Assembly: GCA_002633005.1 (NCBI GenBank) | Contig: NMRA01000311.1 | Span: forward strand, 321,839-385,838 | From: Phoronis australis | Lineage: Eukaryota > Animalia > Phoronida | Direction of reading: 5' to 3' | Length of the DNA: 64,000 bases | Shown: piece by piece, positions 61,101-64,000 of the stretch | Layout: each line of letters starts with the position of its first letter | Position numbering within the stretch: position 1 is the stretch's first letter | The notes under the pieces: model-generated | The model's database searches: none | Told to the model about the DNA's origin: nothing | What the model saw: only the letters and a program-made list of their open reading frames with translations | Position numbers and translations under genes: made by a program

Positions 61101-64000
61101 AAAGACAGAAATCCGTAGCCTACTAGCCAGTAGGCTCACCTTGAAATGGACTGTGCATGCTAATTCCTTGTCCCTGTGATTGCTTGGTCAAATTAGTTAG
61201 ACACACAACATAACAATGTGAAATAATGTGAAGTAGGTTGAAAATTGCAAAATGTTTTTAAGAATGAGTTTTGTGTCGAAAATGATCTGCTGTAAATCAC
61301 TCAACGGTGTCCAGTAAATGTCTGATGTAGTGTTGGGGAATAACGCTGCATGATGCTGGCTATGTGAGTCCCGCCAGATACGTCATTAGTGCATAGGTCA
61401 CCTATTTTCAGAATTTTTGTTTTCACATTTACGTCAGTGAATACAACTGCACTTTGTTTAGTGTAGGTGATGTTCAAATAGCATTGTCATTTAGTTCCTG
61501 CTATATATTAGCATAGTTAGAAGCAAATACATCTTTAAGTCAAAAGTTAGACACTTAGTGAAGCAAGCCCCAAATTTCCTGTACGCTGGCATTGCCAAGG
61601 CTAACCTGATTAGTTGCAAGAATATTTTAAGTCACCAGAAACAAATACTAGAGAGGCAGAATACATGTGTAGCCTTTATTTGATGACGTGTCAATTTAAA
61701 TTTTATTGATGTGTGCTTTTGATGAATTTGTTCTGCTTTCTTTTTCCGGAAACATGGGTTTTGAAAACCAGTAAGCAGTTTCATTAGCAGGTCATTTAGA
61801 TTTTACAATCTCCGTTGAGGATGCGTACATCAACGAGAGCAATGCAAAGCTTTGAAATGCGCCCACGAATGCACCACAGATGGTGTGCTTCTTTGTTTAT
61901 TTATTTGTATCATAAAAATGGCCACTAGATGGCGCAAAATGTCAAATCCATCCGAAAATAGGAGCATGCCATTGCATCTTTAATTGAAAGCTACTTACCA
62001 AATTTCATAAAAATCTGTCAAGGAACTTCAGAGAAACGAAGGAAAACTGAAAAAAAAAAAAAATTGCCACAGCTTTTGTTGGATCCGCCTGAAAGTCGTC
62101 ATAATCTGTTGTTAGCTTGGTATAAATACACTAAATTTAATAAATATCCTGCAGCGGGTTTAGGAGATACAGCTATGGGTGCAAAACAAAACAAAACTAC
62201 CACTAGGAGGTGCCACAGTAGTCGAAGTGGTCATCGTCAACCGTCCTCTTCACAGTGAGAACATATACGCCAATTTTCAAAATTATATGTAGAATGGTTT
62301 GGTTGATAGCGAGGTGGACGCCAAAAACAGACTCGAAAATAGTGAAAATGGCCACTAGGTAGAGCAAAATTCGGAGATTAGAGCAAGTATCAAACAAAAG
62401 AGAGCTGGCCCTCCAACCATAAATGCCAGAGTGGAGTTAATCAGTCCTGTAAGATATTAGCTACAGGGGTGATCTTCCCAACTTGTTGTTGGGCTATAGA
62501 ATCGAACAAGTTGGGAGCTAAGAGAAAACGCCATAATGGATACAGAGGTAAAGATGAAAAACTAAAATTGCCAATAGGGGGCACACTGGTAGTCAGAGCC
62601 GTCCAAAAGTCTGCAGTCGTCATCGGCGTTGTCAGCATCATATAAATACACTTGCTAAATTTAGTATAGATCAACAGTTTAGGAGATACAGCCATGGGTG
62701 CAAAAATGCCACTAGGAGATGCCACAGTAGTCGAAGTCCTCGGAAATTGTCAGTCGTCCTCTTCATAGTAAGAACATACATGCCAATTTTCACAATCATC
62801 CTTAGAGCGGTTTGGTTGATAGAGGGGTGGACGCCAAAAAAAACAGACTGGAAAACAGTAAAAATGGCCACTAGGTGGCTCCTACTACGTCGAATTCATC
62901 TGAAAACGGGAGGGTAGTCTCATCTCACTAATAGATGCCTATATATGTCAATTTTTATGAAAATACATTGAGGACCTTTGAAGATACAGTGGTAAACATA
63001 AAAAAATAAAATTGCCCCTAGGTGGCACACCGATTGTCCGACCCGTTCGAAAGTCAGTCGTTGTCATTCTTTGTCAACTTCATATAAATATACTTGCTTA
63101 ATTCAATAAATATCCTGCAGAGCGTTTATGAGATGCAGCCATAGGCGCAAAATCAAACAAAACTGCCACTAGGAGGCGCTACGGTAGTGGAAATCAGAAA
63201 ATAATCGTCAGCCGCCATCTTCATAGTAAAAGCATAGTACATATAATTTTCAAAATCATAGAGCGGTTTGGTTGATAGAGGACCGGATCCCAAAAACAGA
63301 CTCGAAAACAGTAAAAATGGCCACTAGTTGGCGCAAAATATATCGAATGCATCCGAAAACGCTTGGATAGCGACATCTCATTAATGGATGCCTATGTGCC
63401 AAGTTTCATGAAAATCCGTCGAGGACCTTTGAAGACACAGAGGTAAACTAAAAAATTAAAATTAACAGTAGGGGGCACACCAGTAGTCGGGTCCGTCCGA
63501 AATTCGTAGTCCTCTGTCGTCAGCTTTATAGGAACACAACTGCCAAATCTCATTAGATCCTGTGAGATGTTTAGGAGATACAGCTGCGGGCGCCGTACGA
63601 CAGAGATGACGGCAATATGCACCCAGATATAAATATGTGGGCGCATGATGAACCCGTGTTACGTCGAATAAAATAAACTTTGATTGAGACCACTTTAGAC
63701 TACTCCTCGATATTATGCACGACGTTCATATATAAAATGACTGACTGTGTCAGGTTGTGTTGTGGAGCCTCATTGCGAACACTAACGAATTTCAGTTCTT
63801 TGCAAGCCGAGAAATCATGATACCCAGGATGTCCTTTGGTCTGCGTTGGCCAGGAACGCTCACTTAGGACCACGCAATCATTGCCCAAGAGAGGGAGCCA
63901 AGCGGCTCCGTAAAACGGTGATTCACAAATTTCACATTTACAGTTTTAGGCATCACTGTCTACTTTCTTTTCTTTGCAGCGTCGGACATCTCTACTGTAG
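58184..64000 (+). CDS. NIF3L1: NIF3-like protein 1 (DUF34/YbgI family), 3' end beyond window
   Basis: Exons 58184-58565 (SLAESWDNVGLLVEP, LLTNDLTE, ILSYHPPIF, VYSPHTSYD, GVNDWL), 59388-59544, 60271-60406, 60791-60929 (PPLPGVGSGRL...IKHHLDLQHVRLALG), 63980->64000. Phases compatible; in-frame stop just upstream of the ATG. Confidence 0.95.
59081..59325 (+). mobile_element. Single arm of the TAGACAGTACCACCG / MULE-like MITE family
   Basis: Aligns by eye with 9037-9290 and 35904-36160. Confidence 0.6.
59804..59858. repeat. (GT)n microsatellite
   Basis: Direct inspection. Confidence 0.9.
61145..61535. mobile_element. Kolobok-like element (copy 2, CpG-decayed)
   Basis: Colinear with 4822-5229. 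Confidence 0.65.
61900..63600 (+). repeat. Higher-order tandem array (three diverged ~150-bp monomers per ~450-bp unit), one CTCF-like motif per monomer
   Basis: Motifs at 61922, 62200, 62352, 62571, 62709, 62868, 63015, 63166, 63321, 63465, all on the same strand. Confidence 0.8.

Overview
Animal (most likely marine invertebrate, bilaterian) genomic DNA: AT-rich, GT-AG introns, scaffold Ns, many transposon remnants. Most ORF-track entries are spurious. Manual splice reconstruction gives five genes: (1) the 3' 12 exons of an M28B NAALADase/GCPII-family peptidase (+, 614-12251); (2) an uncharacterised ~496-aa type I membrane protein with a bacterial-adhesin-like Ig/cadherin domain, two EGF repeats and a basic tail (+, 15799-21749); (3) mitochondrial ketoacyl-ACP synthase OXSM (-, 37036-27018), with a young Mag-type Ty3/Gypsy element nested in an older Gypsy inside intron 2; (4) a 396-aa WD40 protein (+, 37360-51111) head-to-head with OXSM, with an RFX X-box-like site between them; (5) NIF3L1 (+, 58184 to past the window end). 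Notable non-coding structure: two arrays of CTCF-like motifs at ~150-bp period, MITEs carrying tRNA-like Pol III cassettes, long palindromes, and gene-specific CpG decay. All coordinates and family calls are by eye, without database searches.
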